Below are positions 49,101 through 64,000 of a stretch of 64,000 nt of DNA, one piece after another. Every line of letters starts with the position of its first letter. Within the stretch, counting starts at the first letter, position 1. The position numbers and the translations under genes are program-made. Below the pieces are notes generated by a model, which worked only from the letters and a program-made list of their open reading frames with translations, was not told the origin of the DNA and searched no databases. The stretch comes from Octopus sinensis (taxonomy: Eukaryota), in the NCBI RefSeq assembly GCF_006345805.1, contig NC_042999.1, positions 97,340,001 to 97,404,000 on the forward strand, read 5' to 3'.

Positions 49101-52100
49101 GAAGAAAGTAGCTTTTGATAAATTATTTATAAAATTTTTATTTCAGATTTTCTACCAATGAAAGAATGTAATAAAAAAAATATAAAATACCATACATTGT
49201 TGAAGTTTTCTGCAAACAAAAGTCCCATTATTCTAATTAAGTGTTAAAGTAAGAATCAAATTTAACAACAAAGTCAGTGATAAATCCAAATCATAGACAT
49301 TGCTATTTAAATATTATACTGAAAACAATTGTTTGCAGAACTGGAAGATCACTAGAAAAATGTTTAACTTCAACCCTTTAAATTTAAGTTCAAACTTCTG
49401 GGATTGATGATATAAGTAGTAGTCATTTCTTCCTCCCAAAAGTTATGGCCTTGTGCTAATGTTTAGAAATATTACTGTTTGTACTTATTTTTAAATGTGA
49501 GACACATGGACCTTTTAGTCTCACTCAACCAGAGTATCAATGGAGTATCAATGTGGTTGGTTAAACAATTAGAAATAGCAGTCATCTCTCTCAAAGCACA
49601 TCCTACTGAATATGATACAATATCCAAGTGATATGCTGCTATAAAGATATGCATATTTATCAAAAACCAAAAAGATAAAATGGTATAAAGTACAACTTCT
49701 CTATAGAAATTTAATGGCTTGTTCTGCAGGTTTACAGAATATGAATTACAGACAGAAGAAATGCACTGCCAATAATCTATGGTCATCTTCTAAGATAGTG
49801 AAAATGGAAGTTGATGACTGTGTGTGTATGTGTGCGCATATGTATGCATGTGCACGCACCCTTGTTTATTTCATTAGCACATTAACCCATGTACTCTGAA
49901 AATGTACTTCCTCAGCAACAACACACACTCTCAAAATCACTTTAACAAACAACTGTGTTGATGATACCTAATTGTTGTACTAAAAGAAAACATAGTAAAA
50001 ACTAGAAGTGAGCTTCCTCATTGCAATGGAAGAAACAAATGACAGCCTTAAAATGTTAGACAATGTATAGATACATAAGTTTAATCTAATGTATGGACAT
50101 ATAAGTTAAACCGTCCTTAACTCTAGATAGGAATGTGTAAGAGTAAACTAAAGTAAATAGCTTAGAGTAAAATAATACTCTATGAACACTATATGAAGTA
50201 AACACACTTCAGGAAAAATGCTACAAGAGCTGTTCTCAGTTTAACACAAAACAATGAGAATGAGAGTAAGTGGACCATCTCTTCTGTATTTTCAAGCATC
50301 AATAAAGTTTTTGATATGCTGTATAATGTAGGCAGAAATTGTATTCTTAAACACACTTAACCACATGTACACAAAAAACACCTGATTTTGAACTAGCTGT
50401 GCTTTGAAATGTAATTTGTAACCATTGCAGAGTTGAGATACAAGAATTTTTGAGATCTCAATTGCAAGAATTGGATGCTGTTGATATATGATACCAACTT
50501 GATGGCAACATTAAAGGTTGTTTTCCAAATCTGATTTTAACTAACCTCACTTCAACATTGTTTATGACCTCAGACTACATGTTAACAAACTTTGATACAG
50601 CTAAAAATAACACTGACTATGAAATTAACTTTTTAGCAACATAGCTTTTGACATGCATAATTGAAAATATAATTCATGTGTTTTAAATAACCAATATAAC
50701 TATCATTATACAACCGTTGGTTTAAAATATGCAATTATTTATAAATAGTTATAGAATTAACAGAACCACCAAATATACAACACAAGTGACTTGTCTAATA
50801 TATTTTCTCATTACATTAACAGAAAATTTACATTAAACAGATAGGCTGCTACAAGAATGCTAGTTAATATTTACAAATTTACTAATTTCATATACTAATT
50901 ATATAAACTATTGAGTTGTAAATAAAACACTTGTGGGACAAAAACAGAAAACAAAAGCACATATTTTGAACTTCTACTTCCTTTTAATTTGATAGGTTTG
51001 TTCAAAATAGACAAATGTATTTCATCAGGTCAATCATTTCTTACACAACTAAAAATTTACTTTAAGCACTGAAATGTAAATTTATAAAGAAAATAGCCAA
51101 TTATTCTTCAATAGCACTGAAAGCTGATGTCAATTTCTGAATATTTAAAGATTTACAAAGGTAAAATCATGTCTGTCTAGCTTTCTTTCTAATGACTTAA
51201 ATAACACCCAAACTAATCCATTCATCATGATTATATCTTACTTTACAATCTGAAAGGAGTGACATCATATAATACTTAGAGCTGCTTGTTCAAATTTTTA
51301 AAAAATGTTCAATCTTCAACTAATCAGTTATTCAAATTAGTTCATTTGAATAAGTGAATTCAAATTAACTAACTTAAAGTTAATTTTATTATATAATTTA
51401 ACATTATGGCATACTATTATAGCATCTAAGATAACTGTTGATGTTTGAAAACACATAAAAGTAAAATTCTGTATCGTTTATCCTTTACTTGTTTCTGTCA
51501 TTAGACTGCAGACACACTGAGGCACCACCTTGAAAGGTTCAGTCAAACAAATCGACCCCAGGACATAACTTTTTTCTAAGCCTGGTATTTACTCTATCAG
51601 TTTCTTTTTTGCTGAACCACTAATGCACACATAAGAGTTAATAGAATAAGTCAATTCAGTTGTCTGTACCTTTTTACTGTGTGTAAAAAGACATCATTAC
51701 AGTTAGCAGCTTTATTAATATTTTCCAGATGTATGATTCAGGAAAGTCAGTTGTGTAGTCATCTGAATACTTTGTTTATATACTATCGTTTTCAAAAGAG
51801 CAGAACATCACAGTCCAAAAGATTACAACTGTGATATAAAACTATAACTATTATTTAAAGTCACTTGAAATTATTTACAAACATACAATCTCTTGATACA
51901 TAAACATTCTCATATGTTATATACGCTATAGTTTAAATCTCTAAATGTGCATCTACTTTAGCTCTGGAGATGATTATACATAGCCTGATGTGTCTCATCT
52001 GTACATCTAATGTAAATGGGCCAATTACAGCTGCAGCTTCTATACACTTCTCATTTTTGACTTCCTCTACTACACAAGTGAACTCCTTCATGGTCAAGGA

Positions 52101-54359
52101 AGCCACTAGAAATAACAGCTAAATATCACTCAAAACACAGTCTACCATCTAAAACAGAAATGGGATGGGCATGTCTGGAATACTTTTTGATCATAAGTCT
52201 GTTTTATCAAAGCTGACATGGGGACATTTTAATTACAGCAAAAACTACAGTGAAATATACAAAAAAGATTCAATTTAAAACAACAAACAATCACTAATAT
52301 CTGAAGTAACACTCAAAGTATTGAAGTAAAATTAATAAATTGTTTAAATTACTCTTGCAATTAAAAGTTTAGGTGAGTTAAATGCTCCCATGAATTCGTA
52401 AGGCTTAGTGCTCAGCTCTAGTTTAAAGTGACAAAAAACAAATCTTTCTCTTGATAAGATACTAATCTGCCACAAGCAACTTTTCCCTTTGATATCCCTT
52501 CTTAGAGTGCCTTACAAGAGTCTTAGCAGAAATGTGAATTTTGTTTCAAACACAACTCAGTGACAAATCAAATAGCTTGTTTCAACATTTTATAAGCACA
52601 ACAACAAACAAAACCAATTAAAGTGACCATACAAACACATACAGTAATCTTTCCATATCAGGATGGAATAATCTGTTATCACTATGAGAAGCTGCTGCAA
52701 AAGTTCAGTCTTTATCCCAGTGTTTTACAAGGTGTTCTGCTTTTAAAGGGCATCTTTCCAATGAAATAGTACCACTAATCACTCTTAAGTTTTGCCGGTG
52801 AGAGGATTTAAGCCCAATACTGCAAACTAACAAAACATTCATCACTTACGCAATATCTCATCTACATAATTGGAGTTAGATGTGTAAATTTCCATGGAAC
52901 CTAATTTCAGCTGGAAAGACTATGTTATTGAGAATGTCTTTGCAAGGGTGTAAAAGTAGTACAATAATTTATCTTTCACTACAATTTCCCAAACCAAATT
53001 AACCTAATCTTTTCCACCACCTCTGCCAAGCGATGTTAAGTGTTGGCCACCTCACAAGCCCAAAAGGATGACACTTCCAATTTATTTGTTGACTATTGAG
53101 TTGGTTTAGGCTATAAAGTGTTTATATTTCTGCTCATCAATTATGAACTCATATTTTTTCACAGGCAAATTTTCCTGGGACAGATACTCAAATATATCTG
53201 CTTTTATCAGTATACCTGACTGATATGACATGCTAGACATACCAGTAGAATCGCAGGTTATGAAAATGTTAGAGAATACAACAAAAGCAAACTAGCATTA
53301 AGAGGTAGAATCTCTAAAACACCACAGATGCAGAAGGATATAAATGGAGAAACAAAAACTGCAAGATTATTTCAAATGTCAGCTGAATGTTAATGTTTTA
53401 GACTATTCTGAAACAACTAAATATTGTGTGTGGTGGTGGGGGGGATGACATTAAAAACAACTCACTGAATCAAGTGATAAATTGAAAGATAAATCATAAA
53501 TGACTTTTTAGTTTAAAAGATAAACTGTTGAAATAAGGAGAAGAATTTCTCTTCAATCTATTTCAAGTGTTTCAATCAAAGAGTAATTTATTTAACATGA
53601 AATACTACCACCATCTCCTTCATATTCTGGCAAAGAAAGATGAAAAATTTGTTTTTACATATCTCAGCTGCAGATGAAGAAGAACCTGGACAAGGATTAA
53701 CAAACCTTATTGTCAAGAATATGGTACAAATGTATCAAAAATTCTATTTTTGGCCTTGCACCATTGCTAATGATAAGCAAATTTCATTTGAATTGTTCCA
53801 TGTGATTATTATTATATCTTGCAATCAACAGGCACATTTGTTCAATCCCAAACAAAATCAAAATCATTGTCCCCATTATGATACCATAGCAAAAGCTATA
53901 CCTGCACTTAAACTACATTCCCGTATCCATCACAAATAAAGGAAGCTTCTTTTTTTTTTTTTATTCCCCCCACCTCACTGCCTTTTTAAAATCCTTTCCT
54001 TCAAATACTCATACTCTGAAATCAACAGGAACGACCATCACCATTATTATTATTATTATTATCATTATTATTATTATTAATCTCAAACTTTGGCACAGGG
54101 TCAACAGTTTTGAGTGGAGAGAGGTGATTACTTATTTTATAAACCCCAAAAAGGTGAAAGGCAAAGCTGACCTCAGCAGAATTTGAACTCAGAACATGAA
54201 GACAGACAAAATGCTGTTAAGCATAATGCTGCTAAGCATTTTGTAAGATGTGCTAACATTAACCCCAGTTGAGTGCTGGGGTTGAGGCAATTAACTATGT
54301 CTCTCTCACAAAATTTCAGGCCTTGTGCTTATAATAGAAAAGATTATTATTATTAAAAG

Positions 54360-56690
54360 ATTTTTTGCTATCAACTTGCACATGCAAGTGCTACCAGTCG
54401 AGAATTCTGCATACCGGAAGCTAGCAAGTGTATGGGGGTCATCAGGAGAGAATGTGCGTGATTTTGGGGCCTACTTCTTGACAGCATCAATGCGCACTGG
54501 CCCTGCTTCACTAATATGAGGCCCCGTTTGCTAGATCAACTGGTTATTAAATATAGCTCAATATTCTTCTAGCCATCGCCTCTTTTTAACCAAATCCAGT
54601 GGCTAGCCTTTTCCACTGTAGTTGGGATATCAGACATGGTGGTATTTACTTTACAATGAGTTAGGCCTAACAATAACAATAGTTGTCTTACACTGTGTCC
54701 AACAAACCCTCTACATCCAACTTTGATTGGTAAATACTCCGCTTTCCAGCCTGTGTCTTCACATTCCACGAGGAGGTTTACATAATGGTCAATCTTTCAA
54801 GCCCGAGCAGCATTCATATTATCTTCATGAGGAACTGTTAACTCGACTAGATTCACAAATTTCTTTCTTTCACACGACATTAAAATGTCCGTCACCTCCC
54901 AATAGCGTTCCACTTTTCATCGCTCACAGGAACTTTGTCTTCTTGAAATGGATTTGCTGTCCTGAGTGCATGAAGGTAATGAGATCTCTAGTAGGTACTT
55001 TCAATGTTTTTGTATCACTGTTGTTGAGATCAATTTGGTTCTTTATAGCATTGAAGATAACCTTAAGGAACAAGTTGTGTCTCCAAGTATACCTGTTTAT
55101 GCTAATGAACAGTTGGAAAGAACATGTTTCAGAGTTCCGACTTTTCAGCATTTGCATATATCATTCTCTGAGACGTTCCATCTTACTAGATTTGTAGGTG
55201 ATGGCAAAACATCATATGATGAATGAATCAGAAAACTTAGTCGAGATGTGGTCCACCTCCATATCTCATCCCAACTTATTTTCCTCTCAACAACATGTTC
55301 CTCCAATCTCGTCATCTGTCCTTGTTGAATACATTGGATCAAATTAAACTCTCTTCTCTCTGCTTCCCTTGTTTTGACACTATTACGAACAACAGATCTG
55401 CATTCGCTCCGCATCATACTTGCAAACGGTCTGAACTGATCTGTGCAAAAACCAAGTCTCTTCTGATGATTTTGCGTTGCACCCACCATATCTCAGTGTG
55501 TAAGAGAAGACAAGATGTCATCAGTCTCTGCTTCTACTTTCCACTTCTTGGCTGTTTTCACCTCTGATGGATTACACCTGATTTCCATGTCCCTCGATTC
55601 TCTCAGCATCATCACCATTCGTACATTCCCCAGTTTATATATTTCAACTATTGACGCCAGTCGTAACTGCAACAAACCTCTTTTACGATGAAGAGCTGAA
55701 CTATTCAGCATCCGAGGTAGGCCTAGCCACTTTCTAATGAACACATACTCGCTCTAAGCTCTTGACGGGTTCTTTTTTGACTGTTGGAATGCTTTCTTCA
55801 ACTATTCGAAACTTAACTTCTTTCTGCACTCCCTTAACAAATGTCAGACTACACAACTTTTTTGCTCTAAACTGCATCCTTGACCACCTCAAGTTCATCT
55901 AGTCTCAAGAGGGTACTCTGCATGATTTGCTCATCTGTAGATAGAAGTGTCACGTCATCCATGAGGGCTTTCTTAAGCGATTGTATATGGGCGATTTGTT
56001 CCAAAAAATCCACTGCTTTCAAAATCATCTCCATGACTAAGATACACCATTGTACAGCCAGCAGCAATGCCAATCTCCAATCGGTGCCTATCTGTTGTAA
56101 AATCTCCAGCTGCAAACCTCATCTTGAAACTGCCATAATATATTCATTATTTCATTAGCTAGGTCAAGTCATACCACATTCAGACTTCTCTTGTTCTGTT
56201 TGGCATCCTGGATCACTTTCCAAATCAAAAAACAGTGTTCAACACAACCCGGGATTCCGGCCTTTTGAGCAGATTCATTACTCTGTAAATATGTCACTGT
56301 TCTCCTCGAAAGAATTCCCATAAAGATCTTGCCTTCCGCATTCAATAAGGATATCAGTCTAAACTGCTTTATAGTCTCTGCATTGGCCTCCTTCGGCAGG
56401 TATATGTCTTCTGCTTTACACCAACCCTCTACTAGAGTCTCTTCGCGCCACAGTTGCTGGAGTAGGACAAAGAGCTTCTTCCACTGACGATTGCAATATT
56501 TGTAAACTTTATACAAGATGCCATCACCTCCTGGGGCACTCTTTGCTCTAGCTTTTCTTAGGAAATCATTTACTTCTTTCTCTCTGATGTTACCAATTTG
56601 AAATTCGATATCAGGTTCTAAGAGATGCTTCAGCCCATGCAGAGGTGGCAGTGGCTGGTTATCTTCTAACACTGATGACATCACCGTCAT
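54360..56690 (-). mobile_element. Decayed RLE-type non-LTR retrotransposon, HERO-like (RT + zinc knuckle + restriction-like endonuclease)
   Basis: RKARAKSAPGGDGILYKVYKYC, FRLISLLNAEGKIF, QKAGIPGCVEH, ALMDD, IRKWLGLP, YDVLPSPTNLVRW, RYTWRHN, PIKVGCRGFVG across frameshifted ORFs; clade name from motif recall. Confidence 0.85.
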
Positions 56691-56734
56691 CATCATCAAA
56701 ATAATAATAATGCCCTGATGCAGTTCCAAGCACT

Positions 56735-57265
56735 GGTTCACATGGCCTCTGATCTTAACTGACTGGAAGTGTTATCATGTACATGTTTTGTCTTGGTATA
56801 AAAGATGAGCTACTGCAAATATTTTGTTCAATACCACAGATTTCCTAGTCGGCTGTTCAACCATAACCAGTTGAGCAAGTCCCTTGATGACTGACAATAT
56901 GTGCATCTCTGATCAAGAGCAGAAATAGTGGGGGAGCATCATAACCATGTGCTAGGAGGAATTCTTTGGAGTTTGAATAATTCACCTCTGGAAATATGGG
57001 TGTTTTATTCAACATCTTTAAACAATCTTTATTCAAGGAACTTTGAGTGGGGTGAGCTACTCAACCTGAAAAAAAAATTCAAACTGGACTCCACCAGCAA
57101 GGTCATGTGCTGCTTACCTTGATATGAGATCACCATATCATGCACATAAGGCTGTGACACATGTGCCTGGTGTACCCTCATCAGATAGGTATACTGGGCT
57201 TATATTTTACCCCAGTGTCACTTTGATGGCATGCCCTGCTCTCTCACTCAATAATAATAATAATA
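56735..57265 (+). mobile_element. Probable retroelement 3' UTR ending in (AAT)n
   Basis: GC-richer block ending ctctctcactc(aat)n, abutting the HERO-like 5' break; single copy in window. Confidence 0.4.
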
Positions 57266-59322
57266 AATGGCACACTAGTCATAATACTGATTTGAACTCA
57301 GTTTGTACAAATACAAAGCAAAAGCCAAACATATAATAATAATTTTGTTTTATTTATTTTGTGATAAAAATATTATTAATATTAGTATTATTTTGTACTA
57401 ATAAAGAAATAAGTATTAGGTGGTACTTATTCTATCAGTCTCTTATAGGACCACCTGTTTAAGTTTCAAATATGTCCTACAATAGAGACAAGTAACCATA
57501 ACTAAAGGCACCAATCAAGTTCTCCATTTGACTGACTAAGTCCATGCTGTGGATCTTTGAACAGAGTTCACCAATAACAACTTCATTATAATTTCATCAA
57601 TCACAGAAAGAAATACCAATATCACATTTCAATGTGTGCCAACTGGCAGACCAACAGGATCCACAAATATTATCAAGCTGATATACTAGTATATACACAA
57701 TTAACACCTTAGAAAATTCTTCAGAATATCCATTATCTTTAGTTAAATTAAATAATCAAAATTCTCCTAAGATAAACCTTAGATTTACTGATTTCCCCTG
57801 CATTTAACAAACAAGACAAGTTTCCTCTTAGCTAGAATTCTTGTCTATCTACACTAAACTTTCTTACGCATCATACTGAATTTCCAGCTGATCTGATATA
57901 AGTGATTGGTACCAGATAATGACCTTCAAAGAATATAGCTGTTTCTAAATGTTGCCTAAAACAAAATGATATTACAGATGCTTATATAAAACATCAGTAA
58001 AGTAGAACAATTCTACTTGTTTACTTCTTATTTCTAGGGAAAGATTTTGATTCAATGTAACTGCCTGAAAATCAGTTTCACTAACCTCATACAGTTGTCA
58101 AAGAGCCAATAAAAGAATTGAGATGTTGGATGAAAATCAGAAGTTTTATTAACATAGAAAGAAATGTTGAAATTATGAATAATAATAATAATAGAAAATA
58201 GTAGTTTAGAAGGGAACATAAAAAGAACGACTAATAATTTATAAAAAGATGGTTTATATTAAGAATATATTATTTTCTCATAACTGCTAATTATTTTTTT
58301 CTTTAATTGAGTAGGTTTATATCCTGTGGAAATTAGAAAAACATGAAAACAAAAGAGGGGAGAAGATAAAGATAGGTGAAATTAATTTTTCTGTAGATTT
58401 AATATTGAGAAAGAAACATTCAAAGTGAATGAACTTTATAAGTAGTGATGGAAATCTCAAAGAGAAATAACACGATGATAATAAGGTTGAGATGGTGCCA
58501 CTAAACTAAGACATAGTGGCAGTAATAATATTAGAAGGTAATAAACGGTTCAGAGCTAACATATCAAAATAGTTCTCAATTAAAACAAATGAATTATTTA
58601 GTATAGTAGTAAGAATTCAAATCTATTGAGCTCATATTAGATCATGTTGGGGATATATGGGTTTTTGATAAAGGCACATATTCCAGTACATTCTTGGAGA
58701 ATCCCTGGGATGATGCAATGGTAACTGGAGGCAGAGTCTTTTATCTAAGCTGAGGGGCCACACCAGCTCCTTACTGCTTACATGAGATACACACAGATAC
58801 AGCTAAGAGATAAGTAAAGAGATATTACAGTATCTAACATACAAGGCTTAGGAATAGTAACAAGAAAATAATACATAAGGATGAAGTTATCTGTAAATAG
58901 ATGTAGAGTGAAGTGATTAAAGATATAAAAAAAGTGTTGAAGAAATGAGAAGAGATGTATGGCACCAAGAATATTTGGAAAGATAAAGGTAAATTGTTAC
59001 TAACTTAATGAATCAAGATCTAATTACCTCATGCAAATGTGACAGTGCTGGCTTGACTTTAACCAATGAAATACTTCTAATCCTTAACTTCAGATTATCT
59101 TTCCAAGTCAAACACATAGCAGGATTTGAGCTCAGATCAATGAAACACTATATAGTTTTCACTAGTGAACTATATAACATGCTATATAAGGGTTATACAC
59201 TTTATAACTATCCTTTTACAGTTAGGTAGAGACAGCCATAATTAAATGTATTAACTCAGTGTAGTATCAGTGACAAAATAACACCCAACCCAATGTCTAG
59301 TTAGTCAACACTATCAATTATA

Positions 59323-59463
59323 TTAGGTTGTCCCAAAAGTTCATAAACACTTGCAAAAATTGAATTTTTACTCGCCAAGTACTAACAAAAACAACAAAAA
59401 TTATTCCTCAAAATAAAGACCATTATTTTCCAAGACTTTCTACGAACTTTTGGGACAACCTTA
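59323..59463. mobile_element. Mariner-type MITE (~140 bp)
   Basis: TA-flanked TIRs TTAGGTTGTCCCAAAAGTTCATA / TACGAACTTTTGGGACAACCTTA. Confidence 0.8.
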
Positions 59464-62400
59464 TATAAGCTGTGACTGCTATTCATGGTTAATTAATTAG
59501 AAATAATTTAAACTAAAATTTCTAAAGTGAGATGCAGCCATGTAAAAAAGAAAACAAAAAATGTTGACAATAATTTAACATATATTTCACAAAAAGTCTC
59601 CTTAAAAGAAGTAAAGAGTTTTTCATAAAAATATCACTTGTATAACACAATCTGTCAAGGCTGTGAAAGAAGTATATCTCACCTTACACACACACACGTG
59701 TATGAGTGCATGTGTGCGTGTGTGCAAGAGAAAGACAGCCGTGTAGTTTGTTTGTTATAAATCAAAGATAAGGGCTGATAAATATCCAAAGATAATTTTC
59801 TAAAAAAAAAAGCCCTGTTCACACTCCAATAACCAGAAGCAAAGTATATTTACAGAGTAAACATCCCATTTAAAACAACAAGCCAAACTGTTTGCACTCT
59901 AATCAGGTATATGTATCATCCCTCTAAACACCTAAGCATAGGAAGTAAAGGGGGTCAGATATCATTTCAAAAAAGAAGGAAAAAACATGGTTTAAATGGG
60001 ACTGGTGGGACTATTTCACTAATTTACACATGCCTCAATATTTGCACTTGATGCTGTTGACCTATGCAATATTAAGAGATACAATAAAAATAGTAATGTT
60101 CTATTTTTTTAGATCCCTTATGAAAAATACATTTTTGCATCTTTAGTTACCTTCACAATAATATAAGATTCCTACCCCTCCATAGGAAAAAAAAAAAGAT
60201 TATTAACACCATCTGTACGGCAGTAATAGAAAACGACAAAAGATCAAGATGAGTATAAATACACTTTTTTGTAGACCAGCCAGCTACAAACTGAAGTTAA
60301 GTATAAAAAAAATATAGCTGCAAAACATTGACGAGCCTGGTGATGATGAGAGATGAAGCAGATAATTACTACAAAGATTATATATGTGATTTGATTTTAC
60401 AGAATAATTTTGTTCAAATTGTTGGAATAAACTTGAATGCTTATTGAAATATTCTTTTCTACTCTAGGCACAAAGCCCAAAATTTTTGGGGAGGAGACCA
60501 GTCGATTAGATTGACCACAGTACATAACTGGTACTTAATTTATCAACTTCAAAGGGATGAAAGACAAAGTCAACCTTGGCGAAATTTGAACTCAGAATGT
60601 AAAGACAAAAAATACCACTAAGCATTTCGCCTGGTGTGCTGACATTTCTGCCATCTCGCCACCTTATGCTTATTGAAATATTAACCAATTAATAATTAAG
60701 TAAGATTAGTTAAATTAAATAACAGTGCCTGACCCATACAAGCATGGAAAAGTGGACACTAAGATGATGATGATGAAGATGGTAGCGGTGCTTTTTGTCG
60801 GGCCTAGGATTTGACCTGGGCCAGACAAAATGTTTTCCTTAAAGATAGTTTTTTGTTTGCAGCAAGGTTCTCATTCAAGATCTGTGTTTAAATGGTCTTC
60901 TGTCTAACAAGAAATATTATCACCAGCTTACTAACTATACTCATTCCATTAGCATATTAAATGCTTAAACCTTTCACATTTAAACTGGTGATATCCAGCC
61001 AAAATATTCTACATGTTTTAGGTTCAAACTGACCAGATCCAGCCTGTCATGCATCCGCTCTAAAATGTCATCCTAAGAATAAGTAGTTGCATCACTGAAA
61101 TCTCAAAACTATAAGATAATGCCTGATTATTTCTAAACAATGTAAAAAAATATGCATTACATTTGACAGAATAATCTGAACACTAAAGGGTTAGTGTGTC
61201 ATAAGTTACATTTTACTGCAGGCTAAGTTTTACAAAAAGTTTGCATTTTTTTTTATCAATGTGGTAACTGTTAAGCTATAAAATTGGATGATTCAGAAAA
61301 GAAATAATGTTTGAGGCTAAAAATTCAGAAATGATCAATTAAGATATGAAGGAAAACAGAAGCAGTATCAAACCCAGTGATTTAGACTATTCAAGATTAT
61401 ATTATGTGTAACAAAAGGATAATATGTTTAACAACTGATTGAAAATTTGGCTAAAGAAATGCTGAAAATCTCAACTGAAGCCATAGTAGCAGTAGTGGAG
61501 ATGAAATATCAAGCAACCAAAATAGATGTAAACTCTTCTACCAAAACAAGTGCAATAAGGAACATCACCGTATGTTTTTAGTGAACCATAAGACTTGCCA
61601 AACTTTATTTTTAACATCTTTACTTATTACACCCATACACATATATAATTACCTCAATTAACTCCAGTTTTAAAACAGAAGAAAGTTTTCATTTTACAAA
61701 AATAGACTGTCTTTATAATTTAATTTCATATCATCTAAAAACTGGCTCTGAGAAAAGAGACATGAATGTATCTCTGATAAAATTATACTCGGTCTTCTTT
61801 TTCTGATGAATGAAGAAACTTAGAACTAGAAATAATAATAACCAATAAATTTGAATGATTTTCTTTTGGACACTTGAACAACAGTTAATGGTCATGACAT
61901 TACACTGTATTGCTTCTTTTTCCTCTGTGAAGTCTGACAAGGGGGATCATATATTTTCCCTTTTTTTTATGGCCTAGTCCAAGGAGGAGGGCAATTCCCA
62001 TTATCTTATTGCATGGCCTCCAAGACTGGGGGAGGGGTGATAGGGAAATTAAACCACAATTCAAACTGGAAAATGCTTGCAACAGAGTGGACACTGCAGG
62101 AAGCAGTGGGAAAATGGTGCTAAATTAAGTAATGAATTAAATTTACTAAATCCTCTAATGACTATATAATAATTAGTAAAAGAAACAGAAATCTTTGTTG
62201 ATAAATTCATATCACTTAACCTCAGAAATAAGATTAAGTAGATGAAACTAATATAATTTCCATTCACTAAATAAGACTAATTAATGTGACTTACAATGTT
62301 TTCCTAAACAAGCAAAGGAATTAGAATAACAGATTGATCACACTTATTAATCCCATATAGTTTTATTTATACAGTATTCAATTAATATATTTTCTAATTC

Positions 62401-62879
62401 AACATCACCAGGTATCTTGCTTTTTATATACAAAATTCATTTTTTTTTACGGAAGCATTAAACTCACCTTTATTGCATTTCAAGTGTTTGGAAATGATAT
62501 TCACTATAGCTATACTAAATATAGCTGTTTGGAATAATTATTTAAGAAAAGCTATGTTCCATTCTTTTCACTTCCAAAGTACAATTCCACAGAAGTCCAG
62601 TCTAGCTTGACAAGTAATGGTGCACCAAGATAAATGCATCTTTGTTATAATATTAATCATTATCATTCAAGCTAGTATACTTTCTTTTCTTTTAATATAA
62701 ATTCTAGTTGTTCAGGCTTTTAAAAGTTGCTAATGCAATCCCAGAAAGTGTAAAAAACACACACAAAAAAAAAAACATCTCTAACATCATGTCAGTTACT
62801 AGCCATATGTAAATGCTTTGGTCAAGAATATGCTAAAATATCTGCAGTAAAATAAAAATTCACACAATAAGCTCTGTGT

Positions 62880-63107
62880 ATGTGTGTGTGTGTGTGTTTG
62901 TGTTTGTCCCCTACCACAGCTTGAAAACCAGTGTTGGTATGTTTATATCCTGATAACTTAGCAGTTTGGCAAAAAGAGACCAACAGAATAAGTACTAGGC
63001 TTTAAAAAAATAGGTACTGTTGTCAATTCATTTCACTAAAAAATTTTTGAGGCAGTGCAAAGTATGGCCACAGTCTAATGACTGAAACAAGTAAATGGTA
63101 AAAGATA
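62880..63107 (+). mobile_element. SINE body/tail; inverted relative at ~51475-51625
   Basis: Shared ..gcaaaaagagacc.a.agaataagtac.aggctt..agtctaatgac.gaaacaagtaaa. Confidence 0.55.
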
Positions 63108-64000
63108 ATGACTTCTTTTAAAGGTACAAAGCTACAAATTTAAAAAAAGGAATTGTACTTGACTTTTATATATTTTATAGATCTTGAAAAGATGCAAGGC
63201 AAAGTCAACTTTACTGGGAACTGATTTTACAATGTAGGGCTGTAACTAAATACAGCAAACTATTTTGCCCAATGCTCTAATGATTCTGTCTAGGCATTTA
63301 CTGATAGTTACTTTGTCAACTTAGATACTGAAATGGATACTTCTAAAGTATCTATCTAATGTTCTATCTCAATCATCTCCACCATTCATAGATCATTAAG
63401 AGTGACAAGGAAAGAAAAAATACATATGCCACATGGTCGTAGAGAAATGACTACCTGACACGATAGTATACAAACTTTATACATAGATTTTGTTTCTGAA
63501 TCATTCAGGATGTTTTATAACAGAACTAATAATTTAATCAGGGATCATGAAATTACTTTACTACTTCATTATAATATTGCTTTCATTTTCTTATCTCAAT
63601 ACTTAGGGTTAGTGTAAACTGAAGAATTAAAACTGATGATGATGATTCATTTCTCTATGTCCAAATCTCTTAATGATAACATTACCTTCGATTCTTCTAA
63701 TGTAAAAATAAGTAGCAATGTAATTTTATGTTCAAGTTAGTTGTCTTAGTTAAGGAGTGAAAGACTACGGAAGTAATCTGAAGCATTTTTCAGGAGTATC
63801 AAAAAAAGAAGGGGTTGAATGAATTTAATGAAGCTACTATTATAATAAATTGACATTGTTTTTCAATCTTTCCAGGGTTAATAAAATAAGAACCTGGGAC
63901 ACAATGCCAGTAACACCTCTAAGAAAAGCATGAATGTCACAGTCTCATTCACCTCAGCTATAAAACTTATTGATGAGTAATCTAATAAATATTTTGAGCA

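Noticed and set aside
54430-54500. Hammerhead in the HERO-like 3' UTR (CTGATGA on the minus strand)
   Set aside because: No helix II-GAAA in the correct position; at best a very decayed remnant.

Overview
AT-rich animal genomic DNA. The interspersed-repeat families look cephalopod (Octopus-like); this is inferred from repeat style, not from a search. The window holds the 5' part of one minus-strand multi-exon gene of the centrosomin/CDK5RAP2/myomegalin family. I reconstructed 27 GT-AG coding exons (46930 down to 827; 2607 nt, 869 aa, reading frame continuous, gene continues off the left edge) with an N-terminal CM1/gamma-TuNA motif followed by long coiled coil. The introns carry CR1, RTE and HERO-like LINE fragments, mariner/Tc1/piggyBac-like non-autonomous elements, SINEs and satellites. 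Most notable: (1) two independent insertions of a fold-back element with a tRNA-derived head, a minimal hammerhead-ribozyme motif, a Penelope-like tail and TSDs, i.e. a candidate Penelope-mobilised ribozyme SINE; (2) an apparently perfect double palindrome at 44760-45145; (3) young inverted RTE-tail copies bracketing the in-frame-skippable gamma-TuNA exon; (4) a cluster of candidate microexons at 19-23 kb; (5) 16 consecutive phase-0 exons that track a ~30-aa coiled-coil repeat.
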